Shown here: positions 17,460 through 27,963 of the stretch, piece by piece
Numbering within the stretch: position 1 is the stretch's first letter
How the letters are laid out: each line of letters begins with the position of its first letter
Assembly: GCA_034428395.1 (NCBI GenBank)
Contig: DAOUHX010000424.1
Location: 62,679 to 126,678 of the forward strand
Direction of reading: 5' to 3'
From: Caldilineaceae bacterium
Lineage (GTDB): Bacteria > Chloroflexota > Anaerolineae > Caldilineales > Caldilineaceae
Length of the DNA: 64,000 nucleotides
Made by a program: the position numbers and the translations under genes
Notes under the pieces: model-generated
Databases searched by the model: none
Told to the model about the DNA's origin: nothing
Seen by the model: only the letters and a program-made list of their open reading frames with translations

Positions 17460-19280
17460 TCAGGGCGCGGCCGGCGCCTCTTCCACTTCGATGAATTCGC
17501 TTGCAAGCAAAATGTCGGCATCGTCCCACCCCTTCCACTCTTGCAGCTGCTGGAACGCCCTCCGGAAAATGAGCTGCACCTCCACCGTCGCCGTACGCCC
17601 GCCCGTCGCGTCGAAGCGGTAGCTGCTGCTGCGCGTGGCCAGCGCTGGGATGCGCGTATCCGATGCAAGCTCCACCATGCGCCAGTGGGAAAAAGTGGGC
17701 TCCTCGCCCGTCAGGGTATCGCGCAGGATCTTGGCGAATCCCTGGCCGGCTTCGCCCGCTACGTCTCCCGCCCATTCCGGCAGTACATCGCCGCCCAGCA
17801 GCGGCATCGAACTGCCGTCGCCGTCGGTCGCCCGCACCACCAGCAGCACTTGCCGCAACGGCGACCCGGTTGGATAGTGATGGCCCGCCCCGGTGTTGGT
17901 CACAGCCGCGTTTACGACCAGCTCGCCGCCCTCAATCTCCGCCGAGACCTCCAGCGCAATGGCGCTGCGCAGAAACATCCCGTCGCTCGCCCCGGGCATG
18001 TCGTGCTGGTGAATCTGGTCCAACTCCCGGAAGAGACCGCCCTTCTCCGGGTAAACGAAGTAGCTGCGCTGCGCCCGTTCCGCCAGGTCCCCCAGGCCCG
18101 CCGGCAACGTGCGGCCGCTGACATTCTCGAGCCACGCCGCGGTCTGCACCAGCGACTCCATGCCCGTCGTCAGGCGCGGCGCAGTCGGCATGTGGCAGCT
18201 CTGGCAGGTCGCGCCGTTCTCCTCGTCGTTGTACGGGCTTTCCAGCCACTCCCCGTACGAGTTATAGATCTCAGTCGTATCGTTGACGCCGTAGTGACAG
18301 GCGGCGCAGAACGCGCTCTCGCCGTGCAGCTGATTGAAGCTGTCCATTGGCCGCGACACGTCGTCGACGCTGCCCATCAGCAGGTCTTCGCCCGACTTGG
18401 GTCGGTAGAGTGTCAGCGACAGAATGCCAGGCATCGCCGGGTCAGGCAGCAACGAGTCCGTGTAGAAACGCACCGCGCCGATCTTGTGGCAGAAATCACA
18501 CGAGATACCCTCGGCGGCCACGCCGACAGCCTCATTCGGGCTGACCCCCTCGGGCAGCTCGTCGCTGGCATCCTCTGTCTCCTGCATGTGGCAGCCGCTC
18601 CAGCCGCAGGTGTTGTCCGCATCCAGCTTCGACGCCATCGGTGTGTGGCAGGAGGCGCAGTTGCCGTCTCGCTTGGGAAAGTCCACCTTGAAGCCGGGCC
18701 CGTAGTAGGGGTATTCCGGGTCGCGCGTGCGCGGCAGGCCGGTATCGTAGTTGCTGTTGCGGCTGCGATTGCCCTCGACGTCAGTGCCGTTGTACATCGT
18801 CATAAAACGGGAGTTGACCGCCGACTGGCTGTGTGCGTCCCGCAGCCACTCCGCAAACGAGGGATGACACTCTCCGCAGTTTTCCGACGGCTCCCAGTCA
18901 TAGACGGTGTGATCAACCCGGTTGTGCGGGTGCAGATCGATTTCCACGTCGATGTCGCCGCCGCGCGCCTCGGTCCAGCCGAAAATATAGCCTTCCGCCC
19001 AGGCAACCAGGGTAACGCTCTCCGCGGTGGAAAGGCCTTCGATAGTGAAGCCCCCGTCCGCAGCTGTGTACGTATGATTGCCCGTCGTCTGCACGCGCAC
19101 AAGCGCGCCCCCAACCGGCCCGTCGATGTCGCTGACGCTGCCGCTCACCGAGGCCGTGGCGGGCTGCGGCCAGGCAAAAATGACGGTCACGGCGCCCAGG
19201 ACCAGCACAACCGCCAGGAGGATGAGAAGAATCAGCCGGCGCGCCAGTTTGCCAGACAGATTCAAGCCGTCCTGGAACAT
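17460..19280 (-). CDS. Membrane-anchored multihaem cytochrome c with an N-terminal carboxypeptidase-regulatory-like domain
   Basis: 606 aa from ATG 19280 ([31 protein letters not shown] anchor). Five CxxCH motifs (CGECH, CASCH, CDFCH, CAACH, CQSCH) plus one [19 protein letters not shown] motif near the C-terminus. The track's 872-aa version runs into oppC in another frame. Confidence 0.7.
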   Translation of the reverse strand: MFQDGLNLSGKLARRLILLILLAVVLVLGAVTVIFAWPQPATASVSGSVSDIDGPVGGALVRVQTTGNHTYTAADGGFTIEGLSTAESVTLVAWAEGYIFGWTEARGGDIDVEIDLHPHNRVDHTVYDWEPSENCGECHPSFAEWLRDAHSQSAVNSRFMTMYNGTDVEGNRSRNSNYDTGLPRTRDPEYPYYGPGFKVDFPKRDGNCASCHTPMASKLDADNTCGWSGCHMQETEDASDELPEGVSPNEAVGVAAEGISCDFCHKIGAVRFYTDSLLPDPAMPGILSLTLYRPKSGEDLLMGSVDDVSRPMDSFNQLHGESAFCAACHYGVNDTTEIYNSYGEWLESPYNDEENGATCQSCHMPTAPRLTTGMESLVQTAAWLENVSGRTLPAGLGDLAERAQRSYFVYPEKGGLFRELDQIHQHDMPGASDGMFLRSAIALEVSAEIEGGELVVNAAVTNTGAGHHYPTGSPLRQVLLVVRATDGDGSSMPLLGGDVLPEWAGDVAGEAGQGFAKILRDTLTGEEPTFSHWRMVELASDTRIPALATRSSSYRFDATGGRTATVEVQLIFRRAFQQLQEWKGWDDADILLASEFIEVEEAPAAP

Positions 19281-19321
19281 CCTGCGCCCGCCCAACTCAG
19301 TTCTCCATGAATAGCCGCGCT

Positions 19322-20470
19322 TTAGACGATCGAATAGGGGTCGGCCGCGTCGCGCAGGCCGTCGCCCAGAAAGTTGAATCCTAGCACGGCCACGATTATG
19401 AAGATGACCGGCGTCATGATCCACGTGTGCGTGCCCAGCGTCTGCAAATTCTGGGCGTCGCGCATCAGAAAGCCCCAGCTGACCAGCGGCTCCTGGATGC
19501 CGATGCCCAAAAAGCTCAGGAATGCCTCCGCCAGAATGATTTGGGGGATGGTGAGCGTGAGCACAACGATGATGTGGCTGATCGAGTTGGGGAAGAGATG
19601 CAGGAAAATGATGCGGGCGTCGGACGCGCCCATCTCCTTGGCCGCCAGAATAAAGTCTGTCTCGCGGTAGGCCAGCACCTTGCCGCGCACCTCGCGCGCC
19701 AATAGGGTCCACGAGAGCAGTGAGAAGATGATCACCATAATGATGAAAACCTGCAGCGAGTCCCACGTCCGTGGGATGATGGCGGCCAGCGCCAGCCACA
19801 GCGGCAGCTGCGGAAACGACGCCACGAACTCGACGAAGCGCTGGATAATGTTGTCTGTGATGCCGCCGTAGTATCCCGAGATGATGCCCACGACCGCGCC
19901 GACCACGATGCTGACAATCGTTGCGAACATGCTCAGCGAAAGCGAGATGCGCCCTGCCGTGCACGCCCGACCCCACAGGTCTCTTCCCTGCTTCTCCGTC
20001 CCCATCAGGTGGATTTTGCCCCCCTCGTCCACGCCGAAAAGGTGCCACCGCGTCGGGATCAGCCCCAGGATCTTCCACTCCCAGCTTCGGACAAAAAGCT
20101 TGATCTCATAGCGCTGCGCCGGGTCTTCCTCCCACAGCGGCTCAAAGGTCTTGGGATCGATGGTCACAACCAGGTTGTAGACGAATGGGCGCAGATGGAA
20201 CTTGCCTTCGTCGTCGATCATGCGGATGCGCGTCGGCGGGATGAAGCTATCCTGCAGATTGGCGTCGGTCGGGTCGACCGGCGCGAAGAATTCGGCGAAC
20301 AAAGCCAGGATGACAAGCGAGAGCACCATGAGGCCGCCGGCAATGGCCGGTCGGCTCTTCCTGAAGCGCTGCCACACAAGCTGAAAGTAGGACTCGTGCT
20401 GTTCCTGGTCGGCGCCCGAGTCCGGGTGGTCTGCTAGTATTCTGTCATTGACGTTTGCAGTTTCCATCAT
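19322..20470 (-). CDS. ABC transporter permease (OppC/DppC-like)
   Basis: 382 aa. N-terminal OppC-type extension, 6 TM, and a binding-protein-dependent transport signature region ([20 protein letters not shown]). Confidence 0.85.
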   Translation of the reverse strand: MMETANVNDRILADHPDSGADQEQHESYFQLVWQRFRKSRPAIAGGLMVLSLVILALFAEFFAPVDPTDANLQDSFIPPTRIRMIDDEGKFHLRPFVYNLVVTIDPKTFEPLWEEDPAQRYEIKLFVRSWEWKILGLIPTRWHLFGVDEGGKIHLMGTEKQGRDLWGRACTAGRISLSLSMFATIVSIVVGAVVGIISGYYGGITDNIIQRFVEFVASFPQLPLWLALAAIIPRTWDSLQVFIIMVIIFSLLSWTLLAREVRGKVLAYRETDFILAAKEMGASDARIIFLHLFPNSISHIIVVLTLTIPQIILAEAFLSFLGIGIQEPLVSWGFLMRDAQNLQTLGTHTWIMTPVIFIIVAVLGFNFLGDGLRDAADPYSIV

Positions 20471-20508
20471 TTCCGGCGCCAGGCCGGACTGTCCTTCCTG
20501 TCAGAAAT

Positions 20509-21537
20509 CTACGAAAACCGCACCCGCGGGTCCAATATCGCCAGCGAAATGTCCGCGATCAGATTCCCCGCCACCAGCAGCACGCCGTAGATGAGCAAAC
20601 AGCTGGCTGCAATATAGATGTCCTCATTGCGCAGAGAAGTCAGCAGCAGCGTTCCAATCGTCGGCAAACCCATCACGATCGAGGCTTGCAGCTCACCCTG
20701 CAGCATGTAGGGCAGCACGGTGCCCTGGTACATGATGATCGGATGCAGCGCGTTGGGCACCGCGTGGCGACGCATCACCTGCCCGTCGGTCAACCCCTTC
20801 GAACGGGCCGTCGTTACATACTGCGCGTTCAGCTCGTCGAGCATGTTGCCGCGCATCACGCGCATGTTGCGCGCCACACCGCCCAGACCGGCGATGAACA
20901 CGACCGGCCAGATGTGTTTGAGAAGATCGATCAGCTTTTCCCACGTAAGGCGTATCTCCTCCATGCTGCCGAACGCCCACGGCACGACCACGTAGTGCGG
21001 CGAATGGAAGGCGGTAACGTGCTCCTGCTCCAATGTAAATACAAGGAAAAACATGATCGCCAGCGCGATCCAGAAGCGGGGAAGCGCCGAGAGAACAAAG
21101 GCAAAAAACGCGGCCAGATTGTCGGCTACCGAATACTGCCGCGGCGCGACGAATATGCCGATCACAATCCCAACAATCGTTGAAGTCAGGTGCGCCAGCA
21201 CCGCCAGGAGCAGCGTGCGCGGAAAACGCTCCGCGATCAGTTCGCCAACGTCCCGCTTGTAGGCGAACGAAAAACCGAAGCTGCCCTTCGTCACCATGTC
21301 CCTGATCCAGACAAAGAACTGCAAAGGCAATGGTTTGTCCAGGCCGTAGCGCCGGCGGAAAAGCTCGGCCTGCTCCTCGGCCTGGGCTTCGGTTGCGCCG
21401 CCCTGCTCAATCAGAAATGACTTGTAGCCGTCGGCATAGTCGCCCGGCGGCAGCTGGATCACAATAAAGCTGACCAGCGCAATGCCCAGTACAACGGCAA
21501 CCGAGACGGCAAAACGGCGAACGATGAACCCAATCAT
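20509..21537 (-). CDS. ABC transporter permease (OppB/DppB-like)
   Basis: 342 aa. MIGFIVRRFAVSVAVVLG start and TARSKGLTDGQVMRRHAVPNAL (EAA loop) are typical of OppB/DppB. Confidence 0.85.
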   Translation of the reverse strand: MIGFIVRRFAVSVAVVLGIALVSFIVIQLPPGDYADGYKSFLIEQGGATEAQAEEQAELFRRRYGLDKPLPLQFFVWIRDMVTKGSFGFSFAYKRDVGELIAERFPRTLLLAVLAHLTSTIVGIVIGIFVAPRQYSVADNLAAFFAFVLSALPRFWIALAIMFFLVFTLEQEHVTAFHSPHYVVVPWAFGSMEEIRLTWEKLIDLLKHIWPVVFIAGLGGVARNMRVMRGNMLDELNAQYVTTARSKGLTDGQVMRRHAVPNALHPIIMYQGTVLPYMLQGELQASIVMGLPTIGTLLLTSLRNEDIYIAASCLLIYGVLLVAGNLIADISLAILDPRVRFS

Positions 21538-21592
21538 GGAGTGCGCAAAATGAGTGAGGAATGCAATGAATTACGCCAGGTACAGGAATGAA

Positions 21593-21628
21593 GAGTGAGG
21601 AGCAGCGGGCTGCCACTGCTCCTCACTC
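21593..21628 (-). other. Perfect 13-bp stem-loop in the SBP-permease intercistronic gap
   Basis: GAGTGAGGAGCAG (21593-21605), 10-nt loop, CTGCTCCTCACTC (21616-21628). It lies 24 nt past the SBP stop on the transcribed strand. Confidence 0.6.
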
Positions 21629-21651
21629 CTTGCACTATACGTCTCTACACG

Positions 21652-23829
21652 CTATTCGCTGTCATAGGTCGCGATGACGCCCGGGCGGATCTGCTCGATC
21701 TGCTCATCAGGCGACACCCAGACCTGCTCGGCCATGACGTTGTCCCATGTCCACTGGTACATGAACACGGGCATGCCGGCCGGCACATTGTTAAAGCGCT
21801 TCGCAGCCGCAAGCCCGTAGCGGCCAACGAAGACACCGGCAAAGTAGACGTTGTCAGTCACGATCCGGTTGTACTCGGCCATCTGACCAAGGCGGACATT
21901 CGTGTCCGGCTCGGCACAGAACGCCTCGACGATGTCGACCAGCTCCTGCTCAAAGTCGAGAAGCTCGCGCGGTTCAGAGCCTTCGCGGTGGAAGGAGAAT
22001 TCCCTCGTCAGCGGCGCCAGATCGGTGCAGCGCGTGAAGGGAACGGCATAGACCTGGCTGTCGCGGTCGACACGCAGCTCCCACTCGCCCGACTCGTTCA
22101 TCTCGCGGCGCGCCGCGCTGTTCAGCGGGCGAACGTTGATCTGCACACCCAGGTCGCCGAGCAGCGTCACCGCCGCCGCGCCCACGGTCTGCGTCTCTTC
22201 GGCATCCTCACTCGTCACGAGCGCAATCACCAGGTTTTCGCCGCTGGCCAGCCGGTCGGACGGCCAGTTCAGCGTGCCGTCGCCATCCGTGTCCTCGAAG
22301 CCCAGTTCGGCCAGCAGCGCAGCCGCCGCCTCAGGGTTGTTGTTGAAGTAGGAAACGGTGCCGCGGTCGAAGTAGGAGGAGCCGGGGAACAGACCGCCGG
22401 CCCAGCCGCGCAGGAACGGGCCGCGCAGAATCGACTGCGAGATCCCGTCGCGGTCCAGCGCGAAGCTGAATGCCTTGCGGAAGCGCACGTCGCGGAACAG
22501 CTCGCGCAACGCCGCGTCGCGGTCATCGCTTACGCCTAGCGAGGTCGAAAGATTGAACTTGATGCTGAAGCCCAGCGTCTCCGGACCCCACTCGACGTAG
22601 AAGTGAGCGTCATCCTCTTCGGCCCGCTTCAGCGTCTCGATGAAGGTGCTAGGGTTCTCCAGGTTGGAGTGATCGGCCGTGCCCGCCAGCGTACTCAGCG
22701 TGCGGCCTACACCGGACGGACCCTTCTCGAACACGACCTCATCCAGGTACGGCAGCTGGTTCCCTGCCTCGTCAACCGACCAGAAGTAGGGGTTGCGGCG
22801 CAGGATCATCAGCTCGTCAGTTATGTACTCGACCGGCACGAACGGCCCCAGCACGACCGGAATCTGGTCCGGCGGCATCGAAGCTTCGAAGTCCACATAG
22901 TCCATGTCCGAGTTGTACCTGGGATGCAGTGGCTTCAGGTAGTGCGCCGGCGAGATGTGGAAATCGCCCTCGTCCATCTGGAATAGCGACTGGACCGGGA
23001 ACTGCACTGGGAAGACGAACTTGAAGGAGTAGTCGTCGATCACCTCAAGCTGGGTCATCTCTTCACCGAACATCCAGGCCGATCCGCCCTTGGGCGACTG
23101 GACGTTGGGGTCGACGATCATGTCCTCCCACGTGAACAGAACGTCCTCGGTCGTGAACGGGTGGCCGTCCGACCACCTCGCGCCCTCGATCAGGTTCATC
23201 GTCAGCTCATAGCCGTCCTCGCTCCACTCCCAGCTCTGCGCCAGGAACGGCAACGGCTCGAGCGAATCGGACCGACGGAAGATGGGGCCGGACTTGAGAA
23301 GCGAAGCAAACGCCGCCGCCTCGATGCCGAACCAGCCCGCGCTCTGCCCCGCACCGCGATTGAATCCCTCGGTCGGGCAGGCCGAGAAGTCGCGCCAGAC
23401 TCCGCCATAGACACCGATTCCCTCAGCCATGCCGCTCTCAAGAACGACGCGCGGCGCAACCGGCAGACGCTCTTCGACCGGCGGCAGCTCACCGGCGGCC
23501 ACCAGCTCGCTGATCCAGTCCGGCTCGCTGTAGGAATCCAGCGACTTGTAGGTCACGATCTGGTCCAGCGGCAGCTTCGCAACGGGCCGGCTGCCAACGA
23601 TCAACTGCGGCTCAGGATACTCGCTCGGGGAGAGATCGACCTCCATCATCTCCTCTTCCGCCTCTTCCTCCTCGGCCGCGGCCTCTTCAGCAGCCGGCGC
23701 CGACTCCTCTTGCGGCGTGTCAGCCGCCGGTTCCGGCTCGTCACCGCCGCCACATGCGCTGAGGACCATCGAAGCGATGATCAGCAGCGATAGCAAAACG
23801 GAAATCGTCCTCTTGCGTCGAAATGACAT
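21652..23829 (-). CDS. ABC transporter substrate-binding lipoprotein, family 5 (OppA/DppA/NikA-like), unusually large
   Basis: 725 aa from ATG 23829 (AAGGAGG upstream). Lipobox LSAC, followed by an acidic linker (EEAAAEEEEAEEEMM) and a family-5 SBP body. Confidence 0.85.
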   Translation of the reverse strand: MSFRRKRTISVLLSLLIIASMVLSACGGGDEPEPAADTPQEESAPAAEEAAAEEEEAEEEMMEVDLSPSEYPEPQLIVGSRPVAKLPLDQIVTYKSLDSYSEPDWISELVAAGELPPVEERLPVAPRVVLESGMAEGIGVYGGVWRDFSACPTEGFNRGAGQSAGWFGIEAAAFASLLKSGPIFRRSDSLEPLPFLAQSWEWSEDGYELTMNLIEGARWSDGHPFTTEDVLFTWEDMIVDPNVQSPKGGSAWMFGEEMTQLEVIDDYSFKFVFPVQFPVQSLFQMDEGDFHISPAHYLKPLHPRYNSDMDYVDFEASMPPDQIPVVLGPFVPVEYITDELMILRRNPYFWSVDEAGNQLPYLDEVVFEKGPSGVGRTLSTLAGTADHSNLENPSTFIETLKRAEEDDAHFYVEWGPETLGFSIKFNLSTSLGVSDDRDAALRELFRDVRFRKAFSFALDRDGISQSILRGPFLRGWAGGLFPGSSYFDRGTVSYFNNNPEAAAALLAELGFEDTDGDGTLNWPSDRLASGENLVIALVTSEDAEETQTVGAAAVTLLGDLGVQINVRPLNSAARREMNESGEWELRVDRDSQVYAVPFTRCTDLAPLTREFSFHREGSEPRELLDFEQELVDIVEAFCAEPDTNVRLGQMAEYNRIVTDNVYFAGVFVGRYGLAAAKRFNNVPAGMPVFMYQWTWDNVMAEQVWVSPDEQIEQIRPGVIATYDSE

Positions 23830-24013
23830 CAAACTTCCTCCTTGAAAGGGTAGTGGAATCTGTTTGCCGCGACGCGCCAATGTGAGACGCATTGCGACAA
23901 GAATTGAAAAAAGTCTCTCAACCTTCTATGCAGACCGCAGCCAGTTCCGCGACCTACCGGTCTTTTGAAGGATGCTGAAGCGGCAGGAGGACCCATCTCC
24001 AACCAAAACGGCA

Positions 24014-25075
24014 TCAGTCATGAAGCCAGCAAGCCACGGAATGGCCGGGCTCGTGCTCCTTGTACTCGGGCGTCTGCTCCCAGCATATCTCCATCGCTTG
24101 CGGGCAGCGATCGGCAAAGGCGCAGCCGCGAATCTCGTCCGAAGGGCTGGGAACCATACCACTGATGGGGACCAGCATCTTGTCCTCTTTGCGCCCAAGC
24201 ACAGGCACCGAGTTGAGTAGCCCGATGGTGTAAGGATGCTTGGGGCTATGGAAAATCTCGTAGACGGGCGCGTATTCGACGACGCGACCCAGGTACATGA
24301 CGGCCACGTGATCGGCCATCTGTGAAACGACGCCCAGGTTGTGGGTGATCAGGACGATGGCGGAATCGAAGTCTTCTTGCAGTTCTCGCATCAAATCCAG
24401 GATCTGCGCCTGCACCGTTACATCCAGTGCGGTCGTCGGCTCATCGGCAATCAGGATCGACGGATTGCAGCTCAGCGCCAGCGCAATCATGACCCGTTGC
24501 CGCATTCCCCCGCTGAGCTGGTGCGGGTACTCGTAAATGCGACGGTCGGGGTCCGCGATGTGGACCTTGTTGAGCATCTCTTCCGCCCGCTCGAGCGCAG
24601 CGCGGCGCGAAAGGTTCTGGTGCAGCAGTACCGACTCCGAAATCTGCCGGCCCACGGGGTGCAGAGGATTCAAAGAGGTCATCGGCTCCTGGAAGATCAT
24701 CGCGATCTCGGCGCCGCGAATATCGCGCAGCTGGCGGCCGCGCGGGTCAAGCTGCACAATGTCGACTGTCTCGCCGTCCTTGCGGTGCAGCAGGATTTCT
24801 CCCTCTACGATCTTGCCCGGAGGTGACTGGATCAGGCGCATCACGGAGCGGAAGGTGACGCTCTTGCCGCAACCGCTCTCGCCGACAACGCCGAGTGTCC
24901 TCTTGCGTCCAAGCGATACGGTTACGCCGTCAACCGCCTTCACGACACCGCGTTCGAGGAAGAAATGAGTCTTAAGATCCCTCAGCTCGAGGATCGGGTC
25001 TTCGGCTTCGCGACTCGCGTCCGCGGCCGCGCTCACCCGTTGGGTTACAGCCATTGGTCGGCAGAATCCCGCCAA
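24014..25075 (-). CDS. ABC transporter ATP-binding protein (OppD/DppD-like)
   Basis: Walker A GESGCGKS, signature LSGGMRQRVMIALAL, Walker B LIADEPTTALD. The start may be the internal ATG at 25054. Confidence 0.85.
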   Translation of the reverse strand: MAGFCRPMAVTQRVSAAADASREAEDPILELRDLKTHFFLERGVVKAVDGVTVSLGRKRTLGVVGESGCGKSVTFRSVMRLIQSPPGKIVEGEILLHRKDGETVDIVQLDPRGRQLRDIRGAEIAMIFQEPMTSLNPLHPVGRQISESVLLHQNLSRRAALERAEEMLNKVHIADPDRRIYEYPHQLSGGMRQRVMIALALSCNPSILIADEPTTALDVTVQAQILDLMRELQEDFDSAIVLITHNLGVVSQMADHVAVMYLGRVVEYAPVYEIFHSPKHPYTIGLLNSVPVLGRKEDKMLVPISGMVPSPSDEIRGCAFADRCPQAMEICWEQTPEYKEHEPGHSVACWLHD

Positions 25076-25229
25076 TTGGTTTCGCTACTGGGACTTAGGA
25101 ATCGATCTGAAACAAAGTGCCAATCTCGGCCCAGCGGCAAATGCTAGGAGCCAATTCAGTCGCCCATTCTGCCGGCACGAACATGGCCCTGGCGTTGCGG
25201 AAGAAACAAACCGGCCAGAAGTTGCAGCA

Positions 25230-25258
25230 ATTCTAGCCGCGTGCGCATTTCTTGTCAA
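25230..25258 (-). promoter_or_regulatory. Candidate sigma70 promoter of the opp-type operon
   Basis: On the minus strand: TTGACA (25258-25253), 17-nt spacer, TAGAAT (25235-25230). About 150 nt upstream of the first ATPase gene. Confidence 0.5.
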
Positions 25259-25319
25259 TTTTTGGAGTGTCTGGGTAGCGGTGGCGTTTTGTGCGCGCCT
25301 GGCTGAACAGGGCTTGCAG

Positions 25320-26309
25320 CTAGCCGGCGCCGTTCGGCCCCGCAGCGCGCAAGACCTTGACGCGCAACCAGATGGCGGGCAAGCGCCTCAACTTCCTCCA
25401 GGCGCTCACATGGGCGCGTCGGCTAAAGACATCGTAGTCGTGCGCTTCAATGTCTGCCAGAATTGCACGATACAGGTCGGCAGCAACGGAGATCGCAAAG
25501 TGTCCGTCGGCGCTAAGGAGGGAGATGCCGGGCCAGGACTCCCGATAAAGCCGGCGCGTGCGGTCGATCTGGAAACGCATGAACTCTCGCCAGCGACCGT
25601 CGACGATCCCCGCATCGATATCGCTTTCCTCGAGGCCGAAACGGTGAAGGTCCTCAAGCGGCAGGTACAGACGACCCGCCCGCCAGTCCTCGCCCACGTC
25701 TCGCAGAATATTGGTCAACTGTAGGGCCACGCCCAGCTTCAGCGCGTACGGAAACGCCGCGGCGGAACTGAAGCCGATAATGTACATGCACATGAAGCCT
25801 ACCGTTGCAGCCACGCCATAGCAGTAAGCCGTCAACTCTTCAAAGGTCTCATACCGGCTGATGTCGATATCACGTGCGACTCCCTGAAAGAGTTGCTCTG
25901 CGAAAGCCGGTGGCATGCGATAGCGCAGGCGGGCGTCTGTCCAGGCCGCGACGATGGGATCGTTTGCATCGACCACCGTGGTCATGGAACGCGCACGCCA
26001 GGCTTCAAAGGCAGTTCTCAATTGAATCGCGTTCGCACGGCCTTCAGCCGGCCTGTCGACGATGTCGTCCGTGCTGCGACAGAAGGCGTACAATGCACGG
26101 ACGGAGCGGCGCTTGCGCTTGGGAAGGAAACGCGAGGCCGTAAAGAAGGAGCGGCTGTTGATCGCGGTGATCGCTTCACAATAGTCATAGGCGAGCGCAA
26201 GGGCCTCTTCGTTTGCGACCTGAAGGGCCGGCGCCAAGCCTTCCGACAGCCTGGCTTCGTTCGCGAGCGAGAGAAGGGGACGCTCCCATTCACTGATCAC
26301 ATTAGCCAT
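25320..26309 (-). CDS. crtB: Phytoene synthase
   Basis: [36 protein letters not shown] and [22 protein letters not shown] are the two Asp-rich squalene/phytoene synthase signatures. Start re-set to ATG 26309. Confidence 0.85.
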   Translation of the reverse strand: MANVISEWERPLLSLANEARLSEGLAPALQVANEEALALAYDYCEAITAINSRSFFTASRFLPKRKRRSVRALYAFCRSTDDIVDRPAEGRANAIQLRTAFEAWRARSMTTVVDANDPIVAAWTDARLRYRMPPAFAEQLFQGVARDIDISRYETFEELTAYCYGVAATVGFMCMYIIGFSSAAAFPYALKLGVALQLTNILRDVGEDWRAGRLYLPLEDLHRFGLEESDIDAGIVDGRWREFMRFQIDRTRRLYRESWPGISLLSADGHFAISVAADLYRAILADIEAHDYDVFSRRAHVSAWRKLRRLPAIWLRVKVLRAAGPNGAG

Positions 26310-26803
26310 TCGAGCACCTTTGCTCCTGGATCCCACGCGCTGCCAAAGACTGCCGCGAGTCTAAGCATGAAGATTGCCGTCTGTCAGTAAGAACGTATCC
26401 CATCCTGGCCAGTCTCGTCAAGGCAAAATGAAGTGAGTGCCCAATTCTTCCAAAAATTCGAGGAGCCAAACGAGGAGTCAACACTCAGCCGGCCATGTGG
26501 CCTCTGGGAAGGGGAAATGGCGCCAGCCGAAAACGGGCGTGGCACCAAGACGGCGCGTTCATCCTACGCCTCGGTCGCCCGCGGCTGCTCTTCAACTGAA
26601 AGCGTGTGATCTCGGGATGGCGGTTCGACGGGGAACCTGAGAGTGGGGAACTGTTGCCAGGGCCCAGGTCGCTAAGCGAGCTTAACCAAGGGGCAGTCCG
26701 CTGCAAACAATAGGGCAGTTGCGTCTTCTTGCCTCATTCGCCCGCCTTGCATCTGCCCTTTTTGAAGGACAGGCTGAACGACGTATCGCCCTGTTCGCCG
26801 GGA

Positions 26804-27337
26804 TTACGGCGCGTGCGGGTCGCCCAAACCAGAAGCCGGTCGGCGCCTGACTGGTCGGGCCTGCGACCTGGCAGCTTCATTGAGCAGGATTCTCTGAGTA
26901 ACGCGGAAGAAGGCAGCCAGGTCGTCGTCCGTTACACCGTCGGTCAGGGCATCTTCGAACTCTCTCATGCGCTTGTCGATGTCATTGGCCAGCGCTCTTC
27001 CCTCTTTGGTCAGGGAAAGAATAACGACCCGGCGATCATTGCGGAGGCGGCGACGACGCAGAAACCGGTCGTCGACCAACTTGGCCACAAGGCGGCTCAT
27101 GCGGGGGGCTCCAACAGGAATCAGTTGGAGCAGCTCTGTGCTCGTCCAGCGGTCCCTGTGCAAGAAGCGGCGCAGCACCGCGAAGTGAAGAGAGCTGAGA
27201 TCGAAAGGCGCAACAATCTCGTCGACTCCCTTCGAGGCTGCCTTCACCAGGGTGATTGCGCTGGTACCAAGATCGGTGGGGAGGGCTCCCAATTCGAGAG
27301 CAGTCCCGAGCGAGTCCTTCTTCAGGTAGTTTGTCAT
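26804..27337 (-). CDS. MarR family transcriptional regulator
   Basis: 177 aa. Winged-helix segment PRMSRLVAKLVDDRFLRRRRLRNDRRVVILSLTKEGRAL is typical of MarR. Confidence 0.8.
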   Translation of the reverse strand: MTNYLKKDSLGTALELGALPTDLGTSAITLVKAASKGVDEIVAPFDLSSLHFAVLRRFLHRDRWTSTELLQLIPVGAPRMSRLVAKLVDDRFLRRRRLRNDRRVVILSLTKEGRALANDIDKRMREFEDALTDGVTDDDLAAFFRVTQRILLNEAARSQARPVRRRPASGLGDPHAP

Positions 27338-27375
27338 GGCGCAGTGTCGAATCGAACCCGAAGAGGAGATCCGGG

Positions 27376-27391
27376 TCCCCCATCAGGGGGA
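27376..27391. promoter_or_regulatory. Perfect 6-4-6 palindrome upstream of marR (possible operator)
   Basis: TCCCCCATCAGGGGGA lies 39 nt upstream of the marR start codon. MarR-family proteins commonly bind palindromes in their own promoter regions. Confidence 0.25.
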
Positions 27392-27963
27392 ATTCAAGTG
27401 ATAGACTGCCGAGGGGGAAAGGGGGTTTTTTCTGTTCGATCTTTCAGAACTTCAAGTAGCGACTCCTAGTCGAAGGCCTGTTGCCAACCGGGCAGGAATC
27501 ACTGAGTCTGCTGCTGTTGGTCCATCCAAAGCACGGGGGTGTGCGGTCAGACCCTCTGGCAGGAAATACTTCGGTGGGTTTGCAAAGGCTTGTACGGCAT
27601 ACAACACTGTACCAGCCATGAAGAAAGTATACAGCATGGCTGACAATTGGCGCAAACGAAGAGCCTGACTGATTCAAAATAAAGCGAGGTCGTACGTGAT
27701 TCACCCTGTCAGTGGCCGTAGCGGGAAGAGCGTAGGAGATTGAGAGACGGCCCCCGGCCGTACATGGATCCAGCGTCCCCAGAGCCGACAAGGGCGCCGG
27801 GCGGGGGCCTTGGGCACAATGGCCCCGCGCAACTACGCTCCGTCCGGGCTGACGCCTCTGCCCCCGCGCTTACTGGATTCTCCGCGCAAGGGTTCTGTCC
27901 GTGTTCAGTCCACAATGGCCGTACACATTCCTATACCCCGTGCAGCAACCGAGCCTTCCCCGC

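Noticed and set aside
17460-20078. The 872-aa ORF-track call treated as one protein.
   Set aside because: The first 266 codons overlap the OppC-like permease gene in another frame and translate to His/Arg/Gly-rich nonsense. The real product starts at ATG 19280 with a TM anchor. Similar 5' over-extensions were trimmed for the ORFs ending at 6550, 7583, 16076, 16432, 21652, 25320, 33340, 38982, 42713, 46038 and 50893, and for the plus-strand ORFs starting at 53197, 60407 and 61212.
27338-27375. tRNA-like fragment (minus strand ...GGGTTCGATTCGACACTGCGCCA) immediately upstream of marR.
   Set aside because: Only a T-loop-like GGTTCGATTC string is present. The flanking bases do not form T, anticodon or acceptor stems, so it is not a tRNA or a recognisable tRNA remnant.
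27452-27655. 67-aa ORF with a signal-peptide-like N-terminus (MLYTFFMAGTVLYAVQAFA).
   Set aside because: It has a non-ATG start with no RBS, atypical composition and no recognisable family. The evidence is insufficient to call a gene.
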